The translations under genes and the position numbers were made by a program. From contig OY759598.1 in assembly GCA_963662435.1 (NCBI GenBank), forward strand, positions 2,078,507 to 2,142,506: 64,000 nt of DNA, in the 5' to 3' direction. This DNA comes from Dehalococcoidia bacterium (GTDB lineage: Bacteria; Chloroflexota; Dehalococcoidia; Lucifugimonadales; VXLM01). Positions 50,106 to 59,177 of the stretch are shown piece after piece (position 1 is the stretch's first letter; every line of letters starts with the position of its first letter). A model generated the notes under the pieces. The model had not been told where the DNA came from and made no database searches. It was given only the letters and a program-made list of their open reading frames with translations.

Positions 50106-52583
50106 TTACTCCGAACCCTCTTCCTTGCTGTGGCGTCGGTGTATTTCGTCAATCGCCACATCGAGCTCGTCCCACTGCCGCTGTATCGTCGAGCGCAGCC
50201 GCATGTTCTGATACGCGCCCCAGACCGTCATCGCAGGAGGAACCACCAGCACGGAGACGATCAGCGAGTAGGCAATCGTGATCGCCGCCGTAATGCCGAA
50301 CTGCTGGGACGCGGCCAACGGCGAGGCCGCCAACACTCCGATCCCGAGCGCCGTCGTCAGAGCGGAGCCCAGCAGCGCCGATCCTGTCGTCGCCAGTGTT
50401 TGAACGGCCGCCTTCTCCGGGTCCCGCAGGCGTGTGAACTCCTCACGGTAGCGATGGATCATATGTATGGTGTAGTCCACCCCGATCCCGATGGAGAGCG
50501 CCGTGATTATCGACGTGATAATTGTGTAGGGGATATCCAGCAGCGCCATCGTGCCCAGCACCGAGATGAGGACGAGCACCGTTGGTCCCACCGCCACCAG
50601 CGCCAACGCCGGTTGCCGCACCGTCAGCCAGAAGAAGAAAGCAAGGACCAGGAGGGCCACCACGATGGTCGTGGCTATCGATTCCGTCTGCCGGTCTCTG
50701 ATCGCGTCCGTCACCGCAAACGATATGATGCTGTCCGAAGTCGCCGTGATCGCGTCGTCGTCGCCCGACCAGAGCTCTTCTATGTCTCTCTGAAGCGTTT
50801 TGCTTGCCTCCGGGTCGCCCGTGTAGGCCGGGAATTGCACCAGTATGGTGTCGATGCCGTTGGGATCATTAACGAGCGTGTGAGAAAGAGCAGGGTCCAT
50901 GTCGCCGAGCCTGTCGATGAACTGCTGCATCAGCTCTGGGTCGAGCTGAATTCCTGCCGAGGCTTCCTCGAAGAGCGCCGCGAGTTCCGAGTCGTACTTG
51001 TCGCCGGGCGTCCCGCTGTCGGTAATCCAGTCCTGGACAAGGAGCTCGTACGACGTCACAAGCGGTCCGGCTGCAGCCGGAGGGCGTCGCTGGTCGTCTT
51101 GGAACGCGAATCCAAGGTCCTGCAAATTCAAGAGCGTGCGGGCTTCGGTGGCCTCGGCATTCACGAGAACACTGGTATTCTCCGTTGACCCGCCCACCGC
51201 CGTGTCCAGGGTGTCCAGGTCTTCCAGAACGTTGCCACCTCTGGGAAGCAGATCGCGGATGCTGAATTCCGACTTGATTCCTGTGGCCGCATAACCGAGC
51301 CCGATCGTGACTGCAACCACGACGATGATGTACGGCGCGGGCCTCCGGGTGACCTGCCTCCCCAGGAACTCCGCCACCGGCTGGATTCCGGGCAATGCCC
51401 CTGAAATCGGGCGGGGCGACCGCAACGTACCTCGTGCCTCGCGCCGCCGGTCGATGACCGTCCGCCCAGCGGGAATCAGCGTAAGCATCACTATGAGGCT
51501 CAATCCCACGCCCATCCCCGCGATTACGCCGAAATCACCGACTATTTCAACCGGGGAGAACAGGCCCACCAGCAGGCTTACGATGGTTGTCACTGCCGCC
51601 AGCACTAGCGGAACAATGACGTTTCGCAGCCCTTTCTGAACGGCTGCCACCACCTGCTCACCCTCGTTGCGTTGTTCACGGTAGTGAGAGACTGCCTGGA
51701 TCGCGTAGTCCACCGTCAGACCGATCACGATGATCGGCACCATCGACGTGAGAGAGTTCGGGGGACCGGTGATCCCCATCCCATTTGGCCCCAGCCAACC
51801 CTCGGCACCCACTATCCAGATCAGCGAGGTCATCAGCCCCGCGAGCGTAAGCAGCAGGTCAGAGATTGTACGCATGAAGAGCAGGATCAGCCCTGCGATA
51901 AGCAGCAGCGCCAGCCCTATCAGGGGCGCCATCCCCGTTTCCGTGGCCTCGCGGGACTCGTCTTCGATAACCACATACGAGATACTGCTTACGCGCAGTG
52001 GGCCTTCGTCGCCCGTCGCGAGCTCATCGATTCTCCGTTCGGCGTCCTCAACACGCTCGTCGCCCGTGTCTCGCAAGCGGATAGAGGCGACCGCAACCTT
52101 AGTGCCATCCTTGTCGGTGCCGGTAAACGCGGCAAGCGCGGCAAGAAGCTCCGGGGGGCCACGAAGATTGTCGATCTCCGCCTGTGTGACCGACTCGAAC
52201 CCGTCCACCTGGAGCAGCGCCATGACCAGTGCCGAAGGTGCGACGACGGGGTTCGTAGGTGTCAGAAGCTCCCCCACTCCCGGCTCGCCGACGATGTTCT
52301 GCACGAGAGACGACATCTGCCCGAGACCCTCGGGCGTCATGGCTTCTCCACGGAAGAGGAGGGTTACAACCCTCACATCGCCTGCATCCCCGAAGAGTTC
52401 ATCAATCTGCGTTAGTGCATCGGCGACCGCGCTCCCCTCAGGAAGCGTCGCCGCAATCTCCGGAGGCGGAGCGCGCAGCGTCCCCCCGGCGCCCAGCACG
52501 ACGGTAACGATGAGAAGCACGGCAAGCGTGATCCACGGGCGTACCGTGATCACCCGGCTTAGCCAGCTAAGTATGTTGTACAT
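50106..52583 (-). CDS. MMPL/RND-family transporter
   Basis: Two repeated halves with GLTVDYAI and GIGVDYTIH motifs; about 12 TM helices. Confidence 0.92.
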   Translation of the reverse strand: MYNILSWLSRVITVRPWITLAVLLIVTVVLGAGGTLRAPPPEIAATLPEGSAVADALTQIDELFGDAGDVRVVTLLFRGEAMTPEGLGQMSSLVQNIVGEPGVGELLTPTNPVVAPSALVMALLQVDGFESVTQAEIDNLRGPPELLAALAAFTGTDKDGTKVAVASIRLRDTGDERVEDAERRIDELATGDEGPLRVSSISYVVIEDESREATETGMAPLIGLALLLIAGLILLFMRTISDLLLTLAGLMTSLIWIVGAEGWLGPNGMGITGPPNSLTSMVPIIVIGLTVDYAIQAVSHYREQRNEGEQVVAAVQKGLRNVIVPLVLAAVTTIVSLLVGLFSPVEIVGDFGVIAGMGVGLSLIVMLTLIPAGRTVIDRRREARGTLRSPRPISGALPGIQPVAEFLGRQVTRRPAPYIIVVVAVTIGLGYAATGIKSEFSIRDLLPRGGNVLEDLDTLDTAVGGSTENTSVLVNAEATEARTLLNLQDLGFAFQDDQRRPPAAAGPLVTSYELLVQDWITDSGTPGDKYDSELAALFEEASAGIQLDPELMQQFIDRLGDMDPALSHTLVNDPNGIDTILVQFPAYTGDPEASKTLQRDIEELWSGDDDAITATSDSIISFAVTDAIRDRQTESIATTIVVALLVLAFFFWLTVRQPALALVAVGPTVLVLISVLGTMALLDIPYTIITSIITALSIGIGVDYTIHMIHRYREEFTRLRDPEKAAVQTLATTGSALLGSALTTALGIGVLAASPLAASQQFGITAAITIAYSLIVSVLVVPPAMTVWGAYQNMRLRSTIQRQWDELDVAIDEIHRRHSKEEGSE

Positions 52584-53095
52584 TGCTCACCTGGAATCCG
52601 AAAAACCCATGACATGAGTGAGACTGTACCATTCACGAGAGGCGATGTGGCACAAACGCCCCTTACATTTTTCTCCCTTATTCTTGCTCGTCACTCATAC
52701 CGCATGGTCTGGCTTACTGGGGATGCATCCCCAGTGAGACCTGCTACATTTCGAAGATGGTACCATCAACCGCCCCCCTGAGAAAGTATCTCAAAATAGG
52801 GCAAGTGTTCAAATTCGGTGCGAAACCCGCTCTTAGTTCAGTACCGTCATACCTGCGAAAGAACTTCACTCCGTATTCCGATACGGGGCGGGAATCCGTA
52901 GGGGTGGGAAGTGCAGGTCTCACCAAGACTGAACACTCACAAAATACACTCCAATGAGTTCCCCCGGCAAACCTCCCGTAAAGGCGATTCGCCAATCGCC
53001 CCTGCCATTTTCATCATTGGTGGTGCCAGCGACGGCCGCCATGAAGGATTGCCACAAAAATAAACCACGGCAACCCATCGTAGGGGCAACCCTTC

Positions 53096-53407
53096 GAGCC
53101 TGTCTCATAACTCGATTGCACAAATTCCACTAGCAATCTTCGTAACGACTATCGACGCTGTAGATGTTGATCGTCCCGAAACGCAGTCACACCTGCCACC
53201 ATTCCGGCGGAGGCGGGAATCCAAAGTCGGTGTCCTCAGAGCGGTGTCTCGTAGTTGGAACGGCCCCGTTGCCTATGGCGAACACCCTAGTCCCCACTCT
53301 GCTATCCCTGTGCCCTCTGTAGTGAGTCCCCCTCGTCCTGAATCAGTTACTTGAATGTTTGTCGAATGGCAGTACACTGCCAACGCACAGAGTTTTGAAA
53401 TAGCCTC
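53096..53407. mobile_element. Degenerate MITE-like element with nested REP-like units
   Basis: Ends GAGCCTGTCTCATAACTC / GAGTTTTGAAATAGCCTC (14/18 inverted match); contains CATTCCGGCGGAGGCGGGAATCC. Confidence 0.45.
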
Positions 53408-53697
53408 TTGGACTTACACGTCCCGAATCTGGACACGCTCCGAAAACCTGACCTTGACGTTCATTCCGCACCCGTAGACAAGCCTCTGCCTCGTCCGACT
53501 GGGCGCGAGACTGCAACCAGCACTGAGAACGGAATACTCCTCTTGACTGAGCTTGATGGTCCGTAGCAACCTGTGTAACGCTCATCGGGTTCGTGCCAAG
53601 TCTTGGACTTGTCTAATGTTGTGCTTCAGTGCTATGCTCCCACACGCATGCTGGTACATTGTCTCAGAGTTGCCTGAAGGCAGCGCTAAAACACTAG

Positions 53698-54891
53698 GGA
53701 ACCTCTGAACAAGTCTATGTTCTAAGGCATAGTATCATGGGGGTCATCACGATAGCCGAGGAGAGATTCGATGGACCAGCCAACCTTCGCCGACTTGGAA
53801 TACGAGGGCAAGAAGCGAAAGACTCGCAGGGAGAAGTTTCTTGAACGCATGGACGGTCTGATCCCTTGGGAAGAGTTGGAAGAGCGCATCCGACCGTTCT
53901 ACCCCAAGGCTGGCCGTGGTCGGCGCCCCTATGAGTTGTCGACGATGCTTCGGATACATTGCGTGCAGTTGTTCTATAACCTGAGCGACCCCGGGATAGA
54001 AGACATGCTTTACGAGGTCGAGTCGGTGAGACGCTTCGTAGGTCTGAGGCTATCTGGGCCGTTGCCGGACGAGACGACGATCCTGAACTTCCGCCATCTG
54101 TTGGACAAGCACGAGTTGGGCACGGGCCTGATGGAGGAGATAAACCGTCATCTGGAGTCTCAGGGACTTCGTCTACAGGAGGGGACTATAGTGGACGCGA
54201 GCATCATCGCCGCGCCGTCGTCGACGAAGAATCGGAGTAAGGAGCGCGACCCTGAGATGCGCCAGACCAAGAAGGGTAACGAGTGGCACTTCGGTATGAA
54301 GTTGCATATCGGAGTGGACTCTGAGACGGGAGTGGTGCATAGCGTGTCCACAACGCCGGCGAACGTGCATGACGTGACTGAAACGCCTCGGTTACTGCAC
54401 GGTGGGGAGACACAAGTGTGGGGTGATGCGGGGTATCAGGGGGTGGACAAGAGGCCTGAGAATCGAGACTTGGAGGTGGAGTGGCAGGTGGCGATGAGGC
54501 CTGGTCAGCGTCGAAAACTGAAGGTTGGGAGCGATGATGCGGCGAGGGAGAAGCGCAAGGCATCAGTAAGGGCGAAGGTGGAGCATCCGTTCCTGTACGT
54601 CAAGAGGCGCTTTGGCTACACGAAGGTCCGCTACCGAGGGCTGGCCAAGAACACGCAGCGGCTGGCATTGCTGCTGGGGTTCGCCAACCTGATGAGAGCC
54701 GAGCGATACTTGGCAGTGTGAGTGACCTTGTATACGTGGGCCCAATCAGGGCTGACAGGGACGAAGATGTCCCGCCAGAGGCAAAAGCAGGACGAAATAA
54801 CCCCACCTAAGCTCCAAGTAAAGGCTCAACATCTCCGAAAACGCCTACAATCAACTCAGCCCAACTCCACAGCTGGTTGTTCAGAGGTTCC
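53698..54891 (+). mobile_element. IS5-family insertion sequence, copy 2 (1194 bp)
   Basis: Same inverted repeats as copy 1; CTAG duplication at 53694-53697 and 54892-54895. Confidence 0.96.
53771..54721 (+). CDS. IS5-family transposase
   Basis: Protein identical to 12739-13689. Confidence 0.96.
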   Translation: MDQPTFADLEYEGKKRKTRREKFLERMDGLIPWEELEERIRPFYPKAGRGRRPYELSTMLRIHCVQLFYNLSDPGIEDMLYEVESVRRFVGLRLSGPLPDETTILNFRHLLDKHELGTGLMEEINRHLESQGLRLQEGTIVDASIIAAPSSTKNRSKERDPEMRQTKKGNEWHFGMKLHIGVDSETGVVHSVSTTPANVHDVTETPRLLHGGETQVWGDAGYQGVDKRPENRDLEVEWQVAMRPGQRRKLKVGSDDAAREKRKASVRAKVEHPFLYVKRRFGYTKVRYRGLAKNTQRLALLLGFANLMRAERYLAV

Positions 54892-54914
54892 CTAGGACAA
54901 AAGGGGGCAAAAAA

Positions 54915-55643
54915 ATGGCAATCAAATACGCAGGGCTTGCATTGATAGTCGGCGTGGTTCTGGCCTTCGTGGCTCCAGTATTCATGCCGGGGTACGCTCT
55001 CATTGACCCTGTGGACCAGACTGACTTTGTCGCCGCGCGGGACGCCCTGGGCGATTCGGCGGTCTTGGCACACTGGGTGAATTTCATCACCTTCATCTCG
55101 CTGTTGCTTATGATCTCCGCCTTTCTGGGCCTCTACCCCATGGCGAGCCGGCAAGGGGGAATCGGAGGTAAACTCCTGCGATTCGGCATCATCGCATCAA
55201 TCATCGAGTGGAGCATCCTGATCATCGCCTCGGGGATGCGGCACTTCGTGATCCACCTGATGCAGCGCAGCGAATTGGGCGAAGGCTCTCCGTCACCGGA
55301 AGTGTTTGAGGCCGCAGCTCTCGCCGTGCACACCGACATGATAGCGGTCACATTGGCATTTGTGGCCCTCTTTCCGCTGGCGTCCATCGCGGTCGGTCTT
55401 GGGCTGTCCAACCGGTTCGCCTCAATGGACATCTACAAAGGTGCGGCCTACGTCATGGCGGCAGCAGGACTTGTAGGGCTACTCAACTTCCTCTTTGCAA
55501 TGAGTGCTCCCGATCTGGGCATCCAATCCCTGCTCCTGATAAACAACCTTGCCCTCTATATTGGGGGAATCTGCTTTATCGTCGTGGGGTACGGCATGTA
55601 CCGGGGACGGGCCGAGTTCGCCGAGGAGGACTCCGCCGGCTAA
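54915..55643 (+). CDS. Multi-pass membrane protein of unknown function
   Basis: 242 aa, about 6 TM helices, RBS AAGGGGG. Confidence 0.85.
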   Translation: MAIKYAGLALIVGVVLAFVAPVFMPGYALIDPVDQTDFVAARDALGDSAVLAHWVNFITFISLLLMISAFLGLYPMASRQGGIGGKLLRFGIIASIIEWSILIIASGMRHFVIHLMQRSELGEGSPSPEVFEAAALAVHTDMIAVTLAFVALFPLASIAVGLGLSNRFASMDIYKGAAYVMAAAGLVGLLNFLFAMSAPDLGIQSLLLINNLALYIGGICFIVVGYGMYRGRAEFAEEDSAG

Positions 55644-55685
55644 CCTCCGGCCCATTGGGCCTGGCCGGCTGCATATAGGGAACTG

Positions 55686-55726
55686 TGAGACGGGGGGAGC
55701 CGTACGGAACGCGCCCCCTCTGTCAC
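55686..55726 (+). terminator. GC-rich hairpin after the membrane protein gene (possible terminator)
   Basis: GTGAGACGGGGGG...CCCCCTCTGTCAC imperfect stem; no U-tract. Confidence 0.35.
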
Positions 55727-56203
55727 CCTGCGCGATGAGCTTGCCTCAGCGCACCAGCGTCGGGAGAATCCCCGCCCAACTGCACAAAACAAGAATCTTC
55801 ACTCTCCGGACTCAATAGACACGGAAAGCTCAAATGCTCTTGGGCGGTAGGTTTGGGTCCATTCAAGCCAGGTCAGATTTCTAGAGACTAGCGTGCCACC
55901 AGAATGGAATAGAGTTGACTGAAGGCAGAAACGTCTTCGAACTCTGGCTCAGGGCCTGTGAGCCTTGACACCGAGATCCTGCCGGGGTTAGACGTGTGAC
56001 GCAGGGTGCCACTTTGGGACCGCCTAGGCCGATGCAGCCCGGCCGGACACGTTCTCCTTCAAGGAGATGCCTCTCCCCACGAGTTCACCATGGGCGTAAG
56101 GATATCGGCAAACCAATCGCGACAAAGGCATCAGGTACAGTTGGGCCGTTGGTCTTTGCCCCTTATGTATACTGCCTACTTACGACTCAGGACACCAGAT
56201 TGG

Positions 56204-56857
56204 TTACAAGGTTTTGGGAGAGTATTCCCTAGGATTTGGATCATCGACAGGATCACCGACCGCAAGAATGCGCTCTACTAGGGTAGCTCGCGGAGCAGCT
56301 TCCACCAATGGGAGTCCCTCTGCGATAGCTTGCTCCCGCAGCCAATTACCGAAGAGCCAGTGTGCCTCCACGCCAGCCTTCTGTCGAGTCGAGGGGGTTG
56401 ATCGACCTGACCTCGAAGCCATGGCCGCTAAAATCTCGTTGATATTCGGCTCGTGGACAAACACTGCCTGCACAGCCTTGTATCGGCGAGTCCAGAGTCC
56501 TGCGACGGTGGGGGTTATCCACGCACCCTCCAGAACAACGGGCCATTGCTCCCAAAGATAGTACTCCACTACCGGATCCATCGCCTCGCATATGGCTTGA
56601 GCGCTTTTTATGTGACGATCACAGAGGTGTTGAGGTGAGAGCCTGAAGAGTTCCTCATCGGACGGGTCGAAGTAGTGGAACTCGGGGTGGGAACCAGGGT
56701 TGGTAGCAGCCTTCATGGCGAGCCAAATCGCATCTATGGGCAGTACAGAAACACCGTATCTCTCTGCCACACCTTTCGCAGCCGTCGTCTTGCCCACGGC
56801 TGCCCCTCCTCCGATCACGAGTACTGTCCAACTACGATGCCTGACTTCTGAACGCAT
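56204..56857 (-). CDS. P-loop kinase-like protein (2-phosphoglycerate kinase-like)
   Basis: Walker A GGGAAVGKTT, VVLEGAW. Confidence 0.75.
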   Translation of the reverse strand: MRSEVRHRSWTVLVIGGGAAVGKTTAAKGVAERYGVSVLPIDAIWLAMKAATNPGSHPEFHYFDPSDEELFRLSPQHLCDRHIKSAQAICEAMDPVVEYYLWEQWPVVLEGAWITPTVAGLWTRRYKAVQAVFVHEPNINEILAAMASRSGRSTPSTRQKAGVEAHWLFGNWLREQAIAEGLPLVEAAPRATLVERILAVGDPVDDPNPREYSPKTL

Positions 56858-56941
56858 GCGCCTATGTTATCAGCGCGACAATCAACGGTCGATGTAAATG
56901 CGGAGTTCCCTTGCGACTGGCCGAGCGTAAAAGTATATGTC

Positions 56942-57279
56942 CTACCGCAAAGTCGGCAATTCAGTGGATATCCGTTCAATCGCTGAAGGAGGAGTATTCC
57001 AACTCCACATGCACAGGACCTCGCTAACGCCGACCTCTCGATATCTCTCGACAAGATCCCGGTACGCGTGTAGCGACGCCAGTGGATCGAACCCAACATT
57101 GTCCTTCCAAGCGGCTGCCGACCAATGAATATCCGAGGGGGCTCTTCCGACATCTTCACACGCCTGCGTTAGAACCGTAGCACGACTTTTGATCTCGTAT
57201 GGACTGCCAACCATGTTCCATACACCTGCATAGCGTGCCGCGATGCGCAGCATCTTTGAGCCGGTTCCACCGATAGTGG
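56942..57279 (-). pseudogene. 3' remnant of an LLM-class flavin-dependent oxidoreductase
   Basis: TIGGTGSKMLRIAARYAGVWN..CEDVGRAP.DI; 5' part missing. Confidence 0.75.
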
Positions 57280-58200
57280 CGACTCCACTCCGTTCTGGGT
57301 CAGCTCCGCCGATACCGACGTTGTGATCCTGAAGGTCGTGACGTGCGAGTCCAGGATCCCGTCCAACCCACCGCCTTCAAATATGCGGCCCATGTCAATC
57401 GTGTGTCTCAGCTACCAAACGGTGGTCTTGGAGACCCGCGAGGTCGCATCGAGCCTGGCGGTGAGCTCGTCGTTCGAGTCTCCGGCAACCTTGCCTGGTC
57501 GCATCTACCCCCAGGCGGATCATTAAGGCGGTCTGGGCGGCCGTATCGTGAATCGTCTGAGATAGCTCGATCCGTTCCCGTTGCAGCTGTCACTCCATCA
57601 CTATCGAAACCGGGTGATGAAGTTAATTGCGAGGACAACCCCAAAACACCGTGAATACTCTGACTTAAAGGGCCTTCACATCGACGCTTTTGTGGGCCAT
57701 GCCCGAACCAACGGCTGGACTCACTCAGAGGTATATGGAGGCTGTGATCGTGGTCTAGGTGAGAATCAGCAGAGGGGATGTGAAGACAGCAGCGAAGGTG
57801 GCAAGGGCTGCATAGTAGCCAACGAACCAGAAAGTGTCGTAACCCCCATAGACGACTGTGGCCGTGAGGAAAGTCAAGACCAAAACTCTGAGAACTAACG
57901 CGTGACGCCATGTCACCCTGCGCCGGGAGACCAGACGGTAGTGCACCCAGCTATCGAGGGTGACTGCCACAACGTGGAAGACCAAGAACGGATTGGATTG
58001 GAGAATGGATAGGGGATAGATGATTGTTGGTCAAATGGCAAGTGAGTTCATGGTGCCGACCCAAAGAAACCAGCGAGTCCACACCACAATGTGAGCGGCG
58101 TACGTTGTCTCGTCCGGGTCGAGCCAGAGGATCTGGAGAAGCCGCGCTTGTACTGCGCCGAACACTACCTTGATCAGATACAGGTCCCTGTTCCGATACT
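57271..58200 (-). pseudogene. Membrane sensor histidine kinase (HisKA_3 type), degraded and truncated
   Basis: TM segments with stops and frameshifts, then H-box QLQRERIELSQTIHDTAAQ (about 57535-57589), VW*LRHTID; ends before the ATPase domain. Confidence 0.7.
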
Positions 58201-58398
58201 CAATTCAACTCTGGCGTGAGGCGACGCCGCAGCCCGCTTGGATGACACTGCACCGCCTGCGGAACCGCCGCAGCAACCCTGCACCAGCCTGTCCCCAAGT
58301 CTTGCGAAAGGAACAGCGGCACATACACGAGAAAGCGCTCCGGCCAACCTGAAGGGCGGAGCGCTAGCTGTGCAAGTCAGAAGGCGATCGCGAACCGG

Positions 58399-58565
58399 TT
58401 CGCCCGGACCAGCATAGGCGCGACATCACTCAGCGACCAAGTGTCTTACGGTCGCCCTGATGGGGTGAAAGCCCCGGCTCTGGCGATGCGCATGAGACAT
58501 CTCCCCATCCGGTATGTGCGTGAGACACAGGAGCGCTTGGAGTTCACGGCGGTGTGAAGATGGCT
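58399..58565 (+). ncRNA. Possible degenerate 5' fragment of a group II intron
   Basis: CGCCCGG..CCAGCATAGGCGCG then GGGGTGAAAGCCCC hairpin; no RT gene or domain V seen. Confidence 0.3.
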
Positions 58566-59177
58566 ACTAATCCAGCCACATCTGTTCATGTTAGCAAGAG
58601 CCAAAAATCGCAAGACCACTCGCCCTCAGAGCAAACAAGAGTGCCGCCCAAAAGCGATGTTTGGCACTTACCACATCGATGAAGAGTCTCCAGCATCCTT
58701 CGACAACGCACTTGAATTGGCATCCGTCGGCGGGCTACAACTCGATGACGGGGTACGGGATGCCTGTGAGATAGTCACTCATCTGCTGGCCGTGGCGTCC
58801 GAGCGATCCAGACAATTAGCCGAGACGCTTGGGAAGAGTGACCTATGACGTTCCAGCTGCTCGGAGCCTAATGCGGAGTCTTTCACATCTTCTTCACGAC
58901 AGTATTCTGATTGACCTCCCTGCAAGACCCATTTATCATGGCACTGCTCCGAGAGAGATCAAGGCTGGTCTTGAATGGCCACAACGTTGAACTTTCGATC
59001 AATGTGGGTTTCCAGTTAAGTGATTCGGAGCGATTGTTGCGCAGAAGAGTTCATGTGTCCAAGGATATTCTCCCCGAAGAATGCGCTCATCGGCTTCAAG
59101 AGGACCGAGACGGCGCGTTCCACCCCAAGTCGGTCAATGCCAAGGCGCAATGAATCGGGTACAAAGGTACCTATTCA

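Noticed and set aside
12666..54891. 42-kb composite transposon bounded by the two IS5 copies
   Set aside because: Copy 1 interrupts a gene that is continuous across it and copy 2 has its own CTAG duplication, so they are independent insertions; the interior holds core genes
59151..59153. Selenocysteine read-through joining ORF 58911-59153 to the giant protein
   Set aside because: No redox motif context or clear SECIS; a plausible start and N-terminal TM helix follow immediately
58588..59153. Two short plus-strand ORFs as real genes
   Set aside because: No recognisable motifs or RBS; probably degraded remnants
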